DNA from: Antechinus flavipes
Lineage: Eukaryota
Assembly (NCBI RefSeq): GCF_016432865.1
Contig: NC_067400.1
Coordinates: forward strand, 472,998,001 to 473,062,000
DNA: 64,000 nt
Reading direction: 5' to 3'
Part shown: in pieces, positions 1 to 11,173 of the stretch
Layout: the number at the start of each line of letters is the position of its first letter
How positions within the stretch are numbered: the stretch's first letter is position 1
Position numbers and translations under genes: made by a program
Notes under the pieces: model-generated
What the model saw: the letters and a program-made list of their open reading frames with translations, nothing else
Database searches by the model: none
Told to the model about the DNA's origin: nothing

Positions 1-130
1 CTTCTTCCGGGTCTAGAACTATGATCCTAAGATCTTGGCTGTATCACTCACTTGCACTCTTTTATTAATGAGTCCCAGGACTCATTCTTCAAAGGATCCC
101 AGCATTCTAGATTGAGACTAGAAGAGATCT

Positions 131-584
131 CAGGTGTCTAACATGTGGCCCACAATATTTCTGAGTGCTGCCTGAAATAGATTAAAATGTAATTGGGAAA
201 TATCTAACAAAATGAATAAAAATGCAATAAAACATAAAGAATATTAGTATACGGATAGCTGAGGGGCAGCTAGATGGCAGCTGGCCCTGAAGTCAGGAGG
301 ATCTGAGTTCAAATGTGGTCTCAGGCACTTACTAGCTGGGTGACTGTGGACCAGGTCATTTAATCCTATTTCCCTCAATTCTTTTTATCCGTTTGCTGGA
401 GAAGGAAATGGCAAAATACTCCAGTATCTTTGCCCAAAAAGAAACCTTCAAATGAGGTCACAAATAGCTGGACACAATCAAACAACAACAATATTAATGT
501 GTACTTATCCAAATGAATATGTGGCCCACAAGATTCTGTGTATGGTTTAGTGGTCCCCGTTTCTTTCTGAGTTTGACACCACTC
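131..584. mobile_element. Probable hAT-type non-autonomous DNA transposon interrupted by the SINE at 263-490
   Basis: Imperfect termini caggtgtctaac ... gtttgacaccact around an AT-rich core (gattaaaatgtaattgggaaata). Family not named with certainty. Confidence 0.45.
263..490 (+). mobile_element. CORE-SINE with RTE/BovB-type 3' tail (Mar1-type)
   Basis: tRNA-like head with B-box, then ctggagaaggaaatggcaaaatactccagtatctttgcc and a (CAA)n tail. Further copies at about 1740-1945, 3322-3555, 38740-38915 (+) and 8625-8847, 24430-24670, 32720-32945, 42810-42990, 52315-52570, 56555-56795 (-). Confidence 0.75.
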
Positions 585-1204
585 ATGTTTGTCCAATCCC
601 CTCACTCTAGAGGTAAGGAAACTGAAAGTCACAGAGGATCATATATTCATTCAAGGTCACACAGGTGCTAAATGGCAATCATGATTCAAACAAGAACTTC
701 TGATTTCAAATCTAGCACACTGTTCATTGAACCAAGCATGGGGACCCTAATGCTTTTCCCTTTGCAAAGAGATTATGAGTTGGAATGGGGTGGTACATTC
801 AGGGAAAATCTACTGAGTTGAGGTCAAAACCTACCTTTGACACTTACCTATGGGTCAAATTGTTGATCTTACTTTGCCTCATCTATAAAATGAGGGGAAT
901 TGATCAAGAAGGCTTCTGAGATCTTTTATAATTCTGGATCTGTGATCCCACAATCCATTATCAAAGTGTTTTTGCCTTATACAAAGAACCATGCTATCTC
1001 ATTCCAGGAGCCTTCTCTGTGACCAGAGGAATTTTAATCATTAACTTGCTCAATGGAAAAGCAAACTTTCATAGATGCCTGATTGTGCAAATGTGGTTCT
1101 GTTTCACTTTGAGATTATTTACCCTTATTTGGAGACATATTCATCTCAGCTCTCTCTTGTAGACTATTTCCCATATTTGTGAATCATTTCTTCTGGCCAC
1201 ATAC

Positions 1205-1353
1205 TTTTTTTTTTTTTCCCTGAGGCAATTGGGGTTAAGTAACTTGCCCAAGGTCACCAGCTAGGAAGTGTTAAGTGTCTGAGGTCAGATTTGAACTCGG
1301 GTCCTCCTGACTTCAGGGCTGCTGCTCTATCCACTGAGCAACCTAACTGCCTC
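1205..1353 (-). mobile_element. WSINE1-like SINE
   Basis: Poly(T) followed by tgaggcaattggggttaagt...gatttgaactc...ctatccactg. Confidence 0.85.
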
Positions 1354-1524
1354 GTACTTTGCAAACTTTAAAGTAATATATATGTAGACATGTATAATAT
1401 TATACATGTGTGTTTGTATATATCACAGTGGGCAAGTGATAATGAATGAAAATGGAGGAAGGTGACTCGCCAAGAAAGCTTTCTCATGAATAATAAGAAT
1501 AATAACTTCTTCTTAGTTATATTA

Positions 1525-2215
1525 TAGGTTAGGTATATATTTATATACTTAAATATATTTATTTATAAAATGTTTATATATTATATATAATTATATAATA
1601 TGAATATATTATACATACATGAATATATACGTATACACATCTATATCTGTATCTAGATATCTATAGATATCTTTATTTCTAACTATATCTCTTTATCCAT
1701 CTATATAATAACACATATACACACACATACATATGCATATGGAGTTGGATGGTTCAGTGGTAAGAGTTCTGGACCTGGACCCCAAAATTTAGCATCAGAA
1801 ACTTACTATCTGTATAAATCACTTAACCCTTTTTACCTCACTTTCCTCATCTCTAGAACAAACCACACCAATATCTTAGCCAAGAAAACCCAAATACGAT
1901 CATAAAAAGTCAGGCACGATTGAAACAACCGAATAACAACAAAATATCATTAATAGCAAGAGTAATAATTGATATGTAACTGATGTATATTTATATCTAT
2001 ATCATTAATAGAGTGATAACTGATGTATTTATATATCATTTCATATAAAAATATTATTTAAACTGATACATATCAGTTTAGCTATATCAGTTTATATATG
2101 TTACATATATGTATCAGTTTATGTATATAAATCAAAAATATAAATTTATTTATGAATATAATATATGTATATTATATGTGTGTGTTATATATATATATGT
2201 ATATAGATATAGATC
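1525..2215. repeat. AT-rich (TA)n low-complexity region interrupted by a SINE
   Basis: TA-dinucleotide-rich tracts with short internal palindromes. Similar tracts at about 5585-5725 and 9950-10135. Confidence 0.85.
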
Positions 2216-2896
2216 TATCAAATTTGGAGACTCTATCTGTTTATGAGAAAACTTTTCTGGGAGGCTGTACTCCCCAGTTTTCAAGGCTTGTTCACAGTTT
2301 GACTTTTCAAAAGCACAGAGTTCTAACATAGATGCTCTCTTCCTATTTATGTTAAGCTTTAGTGTCATGGAATGGTTGTGCATCAAACACTTCTCTCTAT
2401 GTATCAGTCAGTCAATTGACAACATGAATTAACAATCCTCTATGTGGCAAGCATTTTGTTAGGCCTAGGTATACAAAAGCAAAGATGGAGCAATCTGTCC
2501 TGAGGAGTTTATAGAGCACAGATTAACCTGGGATTCCAAAGGGCTCCCCAACCCAGAGAGATTAAAAACCTGTTATAAAGAGAAAGCAATAGCATGTACA
2601 AGGGAGTTATTAAGGAGTTATTACTACGCTCCGGACACCTATCTCCATGTTATAGTTGAGAAAGCTGAGCAAAGGTTAAATGACTTGCCCAGAGTCACTA
2701 GTGTTAGTCTGAGGGCCTCCTGCTCTCAGGGCCCCCCAGCTACCTCCTGCATCACCTAGTTGCCTCTCGGGAATCGTTCGGAAGAAGAGAAGCCCCGAGC
2801 CCTGGGGAGATGTGGGGAGGAGACACTGTTATAGCTGGGCTTGCAGGGGACTGGGGTTCTTAGAACCCTGCTAACCTGGGCTCCTTCCTCCTACAG

Positions 2897-3027
2897 ATGG
2901 TAGTGAGTGCCATAGTAGATACCTTAAAGACTGCCTTTCCTCGCTCCGAACCCCAGAGCCCTACAGAAGATCTGAGTGAAGCAGAGACGGACGGCAAACC
3001 GCAACCCGAGGGCAAGAAGGCCAATAA
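2897..3027 (+). CDS. SNX19: Sorting nexin 19, internal coding exon (exon 5 by human numbering), 131 nt
   Basis: Acceptor ctccttcctcctacag| and donor AA|gtaaga. Encodes MVVSAIVDTLKTAFPRSEPQSPTEDLSEAETDGKPQPEGKKAN(K), matching my recollection of mammalian SNX19 after the PX domain. Upstream exons lie outside the window. Confidence 0.95.
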
Positions 3028-4268
3028 GTAAGACCTCTCTTGTTCCTCATCCTGCCCCTCAAAGCCAAGGAAGGAGGAAAACTCCCAAGTGACATCAGTG
3101 GATCACCAACTGGGGCTCAAAGGGGGCTTGGGTGGGCAACACTGCTTAATGTATGTTACTGCCACAGGCAATGTGAATCCATGGTAGTTTAGGATTCTTG
3201 GCAGGATCTAGAGATTTTCCTCTGCCCTCTATTCCTAGGAGAGTAAAATGATTTCTTGGCTTTTAAAATTAAAGTCTTAGCTAAAACCTACCTTTATTTA
3301 TTATCTCTCCTGTAAATCTTTGACAAGCTGGATGGCACTGTGAATAGAGTGTCAGGAAGTCAGAAAGATCTGAGTTCAAATTTGGCCCAAGACGTTTACT
3401 AGCTGTGTGACCTTGAGCAGGTCACTTAATCCTATTTCCTTCTGTTTTTTCATTTGTAAAATGAGCTGGAAAAGGTATTTGCCAATCACTCCACTATCTT
3501 TGCCAAGAAAATCTCCAGTGGGGTCACAAAGAATCAGAAACAATTGAACAACAACGGCAGATCTTAAGAGGACCACATATTTTAACAGACTTCGTTAGAA
3601 AACCAAAATAAATGGCTGCAGTTTCTGGGGTTTCAGACTAAGGACAGTTTATCTTACTAGCCCGAAAGTTGTCAGGCATTGCTCTAAAAGTATTTGAAGT
3701 CAGCATCAGCAGAAACACAGGAGCTTCTTCCTTCCCAGGGCTTTTGTTTGTTTCAGGGACCATTCAAGGGCTTCTTTTAATATATTCATTCATTAATTCA
3801 ATGTACATCTTTGTTATGATAAATAGGTCAATGTCCTTACCTTATCATTGCCCACACCCATATTTTATGGGTCCCCAGTAATACCTGGAACAATGAGTAT
3901 TCCATGTTGCGCAGGATACCAGCTCCCTCACTAGTTGACTTTGGAACAGATCCTCTGACCCAAGGAGAATAATACCATTTCAGAAATGGAACCAGCAGAC
4001 TAGGACAGTTGTTTTGATATTGTTATCCTGTGTCACCTGCCCGATATCAAATACCACTGTCAAATTCAAAGGCATGGGGAAAACCACAGCTCAGTCCAAA
4101 TGCTAGTTTTAGTCCTAGAATCACCTTTTCAGAATCTTAGTATGTAGTGCCTGGTTAGGTGGGACCAGTGGAGAAATGCTGAAATTCTGCTCTGTTGGGA
4201 TCTGTGAATATATCAGATGATTGTTGGGGACCAAGATTCATATCAGGCCCTGTTTTGTGTCCTTACAG

Positions 4269-4365
4269 GTCTAGACTAAGATTCCCTTCTAGCAAAATTG
4301 CTCCTGTATTAAATGTGGCTGAATCACATGAGAAGGTCTTGTATTGCCTCCGGGAAAGTAATGTG
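4269..4365 (+). CDS. SNX19: SNX19 exon 6, 97 nt
   Basis: Acceptor ttgtgtccttacag| and donor GTG|gtaaga. Phase 2 in, phase 0 out. Encodes SRLRFPSSKIAPVLNVAESHEKVLYCLRESNV. Confidence 0.94.
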
Positions 4366-4639
4366 GTAAGAAAAGAATTCTCAGGGATCTTCGAAGATCA
4401 ATAGCCATTATGTTTGATCATAGTATTATTAAGTGATTGGATAATTCCTAAAGGGCAAATATCTGAAGCTGGCCATATATAATATCAAAACATATTGTCT
4501 TGATAAAATGTGTGGTTCTGGATATATGGAGTATTTCTTGTCTTGTGCTACTCCAATTTGACTATTTGGCTTTTATAAGAGGCATACGCTCATGATAGGA
4601 GGAAAGAAGGGGATAAATAAGGAGGGAAATCAATCCTAG

Positions 4640-4708
4640 GAAATGATGTCTCATTTAATATTTACTGAATATAGTGAATTTTTTATTAATTAAATGAGAC
4701 ATCATTTC
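4640..4708. repeat. Inverted repeat with 20-bp perfect arms and 29-nt spacer in intron 6
   Basis: GAAATGATGTCTCATTTAAT (4640-4659) and ATTAAATGAGACATCATTTC (4689-4708). Confidence 0.95.
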
Positions 4709-4894
4709 AGTTGCAACTTAACTTGTAAATAGAAGCTTTCCTGTGCAGGATGAAGGCAAACTGTTATTGAGGTAGCTCTGGCTTCCAATAAAAGTGAACA
4801 GAAGGGAAGGGATTGGTCCAGCTGCCTTTGATCTTTGGCTTTTCTCTTGCTGCTGTGATTCTCCCTATCCACCCGTGTCATTTGCTTTCTCTAG

Positions 4895-5084
4895 GAGTCA
4901 GACATCCTGTCAATCTCTGGGATGGAGTCGTTCATTGAAAAGCAGAGTAAGTTCTTGGAAATACAAGCAGAAGAAGCCTTGGAAAAAGATTTGGAGCAGA
5001 CCTCCAAAGAGTGTACAGATCACAGTAGTGAGGGCCCCTCGGAGAAGGCTGCTTCATCTCAAAATGAGAGCAACAGTGACCAAG
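4895..5084 (+). CDS. SNX19: SNX19 exon 7, 190 nt
   Basis: Acceptor tttgctttctctag| and donor CAAG|gtaagt. Encodes ESDILSISGMESFIEKQSKFLEIQAEEALEKDLEQTSKECTDHSSEGPSEKAASSQNESNSDQ, in frame with the flanking exons. Confidence 0.94.
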
Positions 5085-6494
5085 GTAAGTGGCCATGTCC
5101 CTGCTTTAGTAAGAAGAGGGAGTCCAAATCCTCTCTTCATTGTGGATTACTGGAGTTGGACTTTATGGTGTCAAGGACATCCGAAGCTCAGAGGAGACTC
5201 CGTGCTCGCACACTTGGAGTTAGAAGCAACCTTAGAGGTCATCTGTGCTACCCCCCCCGACACACACACACACACACACTTGACTGTATATGGCATTAAT
5301 TTTTGGTTTAAATGGTTCATTCATGCATGTCAACCTTATATCAGGAGTCCTCCCTGGTGCAAGAACAACTTTAAATCTTGGTGATATTTTGAGCCATGGG
5401 AAAAGTTGGTGGGAAAACAAGAGTTCCAACATCCAGCAGAAGTCTCAGCAGGGACAGATGCTTGCGGTGCTCCCCGTGAAAGGCATAGATTGTGTCTTAT
5501 AAGAGTCTTAGCCGATGAGCAGGACACATCTCAATTTTCCTTGTATAAATTGATCCAGGCTCCTTTAAGGATAGATAAATCTTAGTGTGTATACATACAT
5601 ACATATATGTATATATATAAACATATATACATATATTTAGCATATTATATATATATTTACTATGTGTGTCTATATATATATATTATTATTAAATACATAC
5701 ATATGTATGTATTTAAAAATACACCTAATATAGGGGAAGCTAGATGGCTCAGCGGATAAAGTGCCTAGTGGAGGACTCATCTTCCTGAGCTCAAATCCAG
5801 CCTCAGACATGCAATAGCTGTGTGATCCTGGGCAAGTCCCTTACCCCTGTTTGCCTAGACTCTCACAGTTTACCTACATCACCAGGAGAGCGGAGGATGT
5901 ATATAACTGTAACAGACCAAAAGAGAATCCCGAGTCCTGAGACAGGATGTTTGAGCGTATCACATGAACTTTGTTCTTGTAGAGTATCTTCAGAGAGGGT
6001 GTGCTGCTCTTTGTTTTGGGTTTGGTTTTTTTTTGAGAAATAACTGGGGATAAGGGACTTGCCGGGTCCACACAGCCAGGAAGTCCTAAGTTTCTGTGGT
6101 CACACCTGGACTCGGGTCCTCCTGACTCCAGGATTGGTGCTCTGTCCATTGTACCACCCTGAAGGGCTGCTCCTCTTAGTATACTCGTCCTGGTTTACAA
6201 AGGGTTGGGGTGGTGAGAGACCAGGGCCTGGTAGTGTTTCTATCAGGGACCCTAGCTTCAGTTTTCCTATAAGGAGAATGTTTCTGTGACGTCTGCACCT
6301 TCCTACCTTGCTGGGTAACAATTACAGCAGGTAGATGAAATGTTTTCCTAATAAAGCGCCATTGAAAGAGAAAAGACTTTCAGCCTAATAGGGGATGTAA
6401 TAATGAATTCCTCCCACAAATATGAGCCTGTAACCATGGGTCATTAGTTTCCTATTTTGTGTGTGAGCCTGTCATCGGACACATCAAATGAAAT

Positions 6495-8090
6495 ATTTAT
6501 TTTTTAGAAAGGCACTTAGCACACGTGGCAAACAGTAGGTGCTGCATAAATGCTTATCTTCTGCCAACCCCTTCTATGACTTGAGAGAACTAAAAGTCTA
6601 GGAGGAAAGGGAAGTGGAATTCCCACTTATCTTTATAATGGACCTTCTTCCTTGCCCTTTTTGATTCCACTGAGCAGTAAGCTATTTTGGCATTTATTTT
6701 TTAGAAAGGCACTTAGCACACTACGTGGCAAACAGTAGGTACTGCATAAAGGCTTATCTCCTACCAACCCCTTCTATGACTTGAGAGAACTAAAAGTCTA
6801 GGAGGAAAGGGAAGTGGAATTCCCACTTATCTTTATAATGGACCTTCTTCCTTGCTCTTTTTGGTTCCACTGAGCAGTAAGCTCTTTTGGCATTTATTTT
6901 TTAGAAAGGCACTTAGCACACTACGTGGCAAACAGTAGGTGCTGAATAAAGGCTTATCTCCTACCAACCCCTTCTATGACTTGAGAGAACTAAAAGTCTA
7001 GGAGGAAAGGGAAGTGGAATTCCCACTTATCTTTATAATGGACCTTCTTCCTTGCCCTTTTTGGTTCCACTGAGCAGTAAGCTCTTTTGGCATTTATTTT
7101 TTAGAAAGGCACTTAGCACACTACGTGGCAAACAGTAGGTGCTGCATAAAGGCTTATCTCCTGCCAACCCCTTCTATGACTTGAGAGAACTAAAAGTCTA
7201 GGAGGAAAGGGAAGTGGGATTCCCACTTTTCTTTATAATGGACCTTCTTCCTTGCCCTTTTTGGTTCCACTGAGCAGTAAGCTCTTTTGGCATTTATTTT
7301 TTAGAAAGGCACTTAGCACACTACGTGGCAAACAGTAGGTGCTGCATAAAGGCTTATCTCCTGCCAACCCCTTCTATGACTTGAGAGAACTAAAAGTCTA
7401 GGAGGAAAGGGAAGTGGGATTCCCACTTTTCTTTATAATGGACCTTCTTCCTTGCCCTTTTTGGTTCCACTGAGCAGTAAGCTCTTTTGGCATTTATTTT
7501 TTAGAAAGGCACTTAGCACACTACGTGGCAAACAGTAGGTGCTGCATAAATGCTTATCTCCTGCCAACTCCTTCTATGACTTGAGAGAACTAAAAGTCTA
7601 GGAGGAAAGGGAAGTGGGATTCCCACTTTTCTTTATAATGGACCTTCTTCCTTGCCTTTTTGGTTCCACTGAGCAGTAAGCTCTTTTGGCATTTATTTTT
7701 TAGAAAGGCACTTAGCACACTATGTGGCAAACAGTAGGTGCTGCATAAATGCTTATCTCCTGCCAACCCCTTCTATGACTTGAGAGAACTAAAAGTCTAG
7801 GAGGAAAGGGAAGTGGGATTCCCACTTTTCTTTATAATGGACCTTCTTCCTTGCCCTTTTTGGTTCCACTGAGCAGTAAGCTCTTTTGGCATTTATTTTT
7901 TAGAAAGGCACTTAGCACACTATGTGGCAAACAGTAGGTGCTGCATAAATGCTTATCTCCTGCCAACCCCTTCTATGACTTGAGAGAACTAAAAGTCTAG
8001 GAGGAAAGGGAAGTGGGATTCCCACTTTTCTTTATAATGGACCTTCTTCCTTGCCCTTTTTGGTTCCACTGAGCAGTAAGCTGTTTTGGC
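6495..8090. repeat. Tandem array of 8 copies of a ~200 bp unit in SNX19 intron 7
   Basis: Units start at 6495, 6692, 6892, 7092, 7292, 7492, 7691 and 7891 (lengths 197, 200, 200, 200, 200, 199, 200, 200). Copies 4 and 5 read as identical. The unit begins with an L2/MIR-tail-like fragment (aaggcacttagcaca...gtaggtgctgcataaatgcttat). Confidence 0.98.
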
Positions 8091-8105
8091 CACAAGGTGG
8101 CAGCT
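8087..8105 (+). promoter_or_regulatory. CTCF-binding motif
   Basis: TGGCCACAAGGTGGCAGCT is a close match to the CTCF consensus (TGGCCACCAGGKGGCRSTA). Occupancy is untested. Confidence 0.55.
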
Positions 8106-10470
8106 CCAGACGCGAGCTTTAAAAGCAGCTAGATTGGATTATGCTATAAACGTATGAATGGAGCTCAGACAGCCTTTGCCTATCTTGAAGCATTAACGTC
8201 CTATCCCAGGAAAAATGACAAGATGCTAGTGTCTAATTATTCCCCACCCTTTCTTGGAATCCAGCCCAAAACCAAGAAGTCTGGACCCCGGCAGGTTGGG
8301 GCAGGTAAATCCAGGTTTAAGTGGCTAATGAACAGTAGAGGAAACACTAAATGGGAGTGGTACGGGAAAGTTCCAATCCCAGTTCTGCTCCTGCCTACCT
8401 TTGTGCGCTGAGAATCATTCCACCACCATTTCTGGGTTCCAACTTCCTCATTTGAAAAATGAGAATATTGACCTGCATCAGAGTCCACCGACAACACTCA
8501 AGTGCCCAAATAGGCCAGATTAAAGTAATTTGAAAATGATGTGCAAAATGCAAAAAAAAATTTTTTTATATTTTAAAGCTGAGTTAATATACGGTCCACC
8601 AAGATATTCATGTATGAAGCTGTGGTTGCTGCTGTGGGCTGTCCAGCTCTTCGTGACCTCATTTAGGGTTTTCTTGGCAAAGATACTGCCATGGCTTGCC
8701 ATTTCCCTGCCCAGCTCATTTTACCAATGAGGAAACTGAGGCAAAAAGGGTTGTGACTTGTTCAGGGTCACGTCTGAGGCTGAGTTTACATTCACGTCTT
8801 CCTCACTTTAAGCCCAGCACTTTGTCCATTGTGCCACCCAGATGCCCGTGTATGGGGCGTTTCCTCCATTTCTATTGAGTTGGATGCCTTAGATGGCTTC
8901 CAAGATCCCTTCTGGCTATAGATCTATGATCCAGATCTAGAATTCTACAATTTTAGTTCTAGTTATGTCCACCCAACGGTGGAACCCTCTGTAGGCCAGG
9001 AAACTCCAGGAAAATCAGGCCAGTTCTGGGACCAGCCCATAGGGCTAAGACTTCACTGAGCATGAACGTGGAAGTCTAGTCCCAAGGGGATCCCCTGCAC
9101 TCTTCCTAGAGTATATCCGAAGTTCTAGCAACTCCAGGGTTCTTGCCAGTCTAATTGGAGAGGAATTGAGGCTATTCTGAACAGCTCAGGAGAACAGCCA
9201 TGTCTAGGCTCCTAACACTTTTCTTCAAGGAGCCTACTTACTTTTAACCATGCAAACTGTCCACCCATGACATTGGAAGGAACCATAATTACGACATAAT
9301 TATAATTTCTGTTTTACTGAAACAGAAAAATAATACAAGGTAATAGAATTCCTAATTATAGAGAGTATCTTAAGATCCTGAATCCCAAGCTTGTGAGTGT
9401 ATGGACCGGAGTTTCCCCTGCTATGACAGTCTCGCTAGTCAGGTTTTCTTCCAGAGACACAGTGGAAAAGTGTGATGGAAAGGGCAGCTAGAGTCTCAGG
9501 GCTTGGGTTCAGGTCCTGTCTCTTTCATCTCCTATGATTTTATGCAAGTGGATTAAATACCCAGTTTCAGTTCCTTCTATAAAATGAAGTAGTTGGACTG
9601 GACATTCTCTGAGGATCCTTCTAGGTTTAGAGCTAAAACCTTCTGACTTTCCATGAGACTGGGTGGGGGCAAGTAGAATGGTAGATAAATTATTTCACTG
9701 GCCACACTCAAGTTCTGTAGCCATTCTATATCAAAGAAATACCTTCTTAATGATCAGAGCTATCTAAAAATAAAATGGGCTTTCTTAGCGGGAATGAGCT
9801 TCCGGACGCTGGTAGTCTTCAACTAGAGGCAAGATGACCCCTTGGGAATTCTACCATATGGAATTCATGCTTTCAGATTCAAGTCTGAGATTTTTTTGAT
9901 TCTGAGACATAATAATTCTTTTCTCTACAGAGCTGTCTGGGCAGATGGAATGTATATATGGAATTTATATTATGTATATTAAAAATATGTAATAATAGCT
10001 AGTGTGTATATATATGTACATATATACAAATATATATTTATTATATATAATAGATAATATATGTTGTATTATTGCATATTATTAAATATAATATGTGAAA
10101 TGTATAAAAAAACTATATATATAGCTTAAAGCACTACATATTTAAAATGTAATGGCTACATAACAAAATAATTAAAATACAATAAAACATACTTAACATT
10201 ACATTTTAAAACTGAGTTAATGATTAAAACACTGGCCCTGCAATTAGAAGGACCTGAGTTCAAATGTGACCTCAGATGCTTACTAGCTATTGGGCAAGTC
10301 ATTTAACTCAGATTGCCTCAAAAAAAAAAACTTGAGTCAATACACAACCCAAAGATATCTTGATGCATGAAACTGTCGTTTAGTCATTTTAGTTCTTTGC
10401 AACTTTCTGAGAGTGTGTGTGTGTGTGAGAGAGAGAAGGTGGGGAGAGAGGGAAGAGAGAAAGGAAAAAA

Positions 10471-10602
10471 NNNNNNNNNNNNNNNNNNNNNNNNNNNNNN
10501 NNNNNNNNNNNNNNNNNNNNNNNNNNNNNNNNNNNNNNNNNNNNNNNNNNNNNNNNNNNNNNNNNNNNNNNNNNNNNNNNNNNNNNNNNNNNNNNNNNNN
10601 NN
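10471..10602. other. Assembly gap (132 N)
   Basis: N run adjoining a (GT)/(GA) simple repeat. Confidence 0.99.
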
Positions 10603-11043
10603 TGCAAAATACTTTACAAATATTACCTCAGTTTTTCCTCAGGATAACCCTAGGAAATGGGTGTTATTATTGTCTTCATTTTAATAGAGGAGGAAACTGA
10701 GGCAGAGAAAAGTTAAATGACTTGTCTAGCATCACTAAGTTTGTAAATATTTGAGGTGACTGAACTCTGGTCTTTCTAACTAACTTCAAGTCCAGTGCTC
10801 TATCCACTACCCTACCTAGCCACCTCTATGTACCAAGTAAAACAGAACACATAAAGCTTCTTGCACCCATTTTGTACATACTAGTCACTAAGGATTTGCT
10901 AGCTTACTTTAAATTAACGGAATTTTGTAGCTATGACGGGATTTATTTGACAATGGAGGAGATTTATGTTTCTGCTTTGTTTAATGAACTTCTTGAACAA
11001 AGGCCTGCTCTGTGAGTTACTCCTGGCCCTTTCCTGTCTGCAG

Positions 11044-11173
11044 AATCAGAGACAGAGTTAGCTGACACAGCCCTGGACCTCCTTCTCTTGCTGATGATGG
11101 AACAGTGGAGGTGGTTATGTACTGAGAACATGCAGAAAGCCCTTCATCTTCTCTTTGGGACCCTGATACAGAG
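11044..11173 (+). CDS. SNX19: SNX19 exon 8, 130 nt, start of the C-terminal Nexin_C/PXC domain
   Basis: Acceptor ctttcctgtctgcag| and donor GAG|gtaagg. Encodes (E)SETELADTALDLLLLLMMEQWRWLCTENMQKALHLLFGTLIQ(R), which is diagnostic SNX19 sequence. Confidence 0.97.

Noticed and set aside
5085-5299. Exon 7 read-through ending ...LDCIWH, resembling a CaaX-type alternative C-terminus
   Set aside because: The exon 7 donor is consensus (AG|GTAAGT), the tail derives from repeat and microsatellite sequence, and His is not a typical CaaX terminal residue.
4794-5384. 196-aa ORF overlapping exon 7 in another frame
   Set aside because: It starts at GTG, has no recognisable homology, and runs through a MIR fragment and a (CA)n tract. 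The true exon frame is explained by SNX19, so the open alternative frame is probably chance.
6495-8090. Regularly spaced repeats as a CRISPR-like array
   Set aside because: Whole units are duplicated with no unique spacers, there are no cas genes, and the context is a mammalian intron.
10367-10700. ORFs spanning N gaps (also 17865-18265 and 39299-39568)
   Set aside because: Open only because N codons translate as X.
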